A stretch of DNA of 64,000 bases, taken from contig NW_021831834.1 of assembly GCF_006345805.1 (NCBI RefSeq), forward strand, positions 1,454-65,453, read 5' to 3'. Source of the DNA: Octopus sinensis. Its lineage: Eukaryota. Of the stretch, positions 63,325-64,000 are shown piece after piece (positions within the stretch are counted from its first letter, which is position 1; each line of letters opens with the position of its first letter). Below the pieces are notes generated by a model, which worked only from the letters and a program-made list of their open reading frames with translations, was not told the DNA's origin and did no database searches. Both the position numbers and the translations under genes were made by a program.

Positions 63325-64000
63325 CATCATCATCATCCTCATTGTCATTTAACGTCCACTTTCCATCCTAGCATGGGTTGAATGGTTTGACTGAGGGCTG
63401 GCAAGCCAGAAGGCTGCACCATGCTCCAATCTGATCTGGCAAAGTTTCTACAGCTGGTTGCCCTTCCTAATGTCAGCTACTCTGAGAGTGTAGTGAGTAC
63501 TCTTTATGTTCCACCAACATGAGGGCCAATTAGGTGGCACTGGCAATGACTACACTCAAATGGTTCTTTTTACATGCCACTGGCATGGGTGCCAATCAGA
63601 TGGTACTGTCATCGGCCACAACAATGATTTCACTTGCTTCAACAGGTCTTTGCAAGCGCAGTTTATTGCCCAATGATTGAAGGGTACTCTTAAATGGGCT
63701 TGTTATGCTGCACTGGTATAGGCCACAGTTACAGTCTCACTTGGCTTGCTGGGTTTTCTCAAGCACAACATATCTTCAAAGGTCTCAGTCACTTGTCATC
63801 ACTTTGGTGAGGCCCAACGTTTCAAGGTTGTGCTTCACCACCTCATCCCAGGTCTTCCTGGGGCTACCTCTTCCACAGGTACCCTCAACTGCTAGGGTGT
63901 GACACTTTTTCACACAGCTGTCCTCATCCATATGCAACACATGACCATACCAGCACTGGTGTCTCTCTTGCACACCACATCTGATGCTTCTTGAGTCCAA
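63325..64000 (-). mobile_element. RTE-LINE 3' end, tail-to-tail with 62335-63012; runs off the window
   Basis: WYGHVLHMDEDSCVKKCHTLAVEGTCGRGSPRKTWDEVVKH. Confidence 0.9.

Overview
AT-rich, repeat-saturated animal genomic DNA. The SINE/RTE repertoire and microsatellite load look like an octopus genome (inference from recalled repeat families, not a database hit). There is one clear host gene: a two-exon Sulfotransfer_2 (CHST8-14-like) carbohydrate sulfotransferase at about 4.4-6.5 kb, broken by a 1-bp frameshift in an A8 run. The rest is mobile DNA: the 5' half of a young Mag-type Ty3/gypsy element with LTR and PBS, a decayed intron-containing Chapaev3-type transposon, Tc1/mariner remnants, two hAT MITEs with 8-bp TSDs, several tRNA-derived SINE families, and many RTE-LINE 3' ends carrying a 60-bp minisatellite. 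The most notable structure is a set of fold-back elements, most embedded in (TA)n runs. The best example (56.6-57.7 kb) is a Penelope-like GIY-YIG 3' end with 441-bp inverted arms. Each arm carries a minimal type I hammerhead-like motif with a compensatory U3-A8 core, and an empty copy of the insertion site lies 4 kb away. Degenerate hammerhead-like motifs also occur in a tRNA-headed repeat (7.8 kb) and a TA-flanked fragment (37.2 kb). All folds and alignments were done by eye and coordinates of decayed repeats are approximate.
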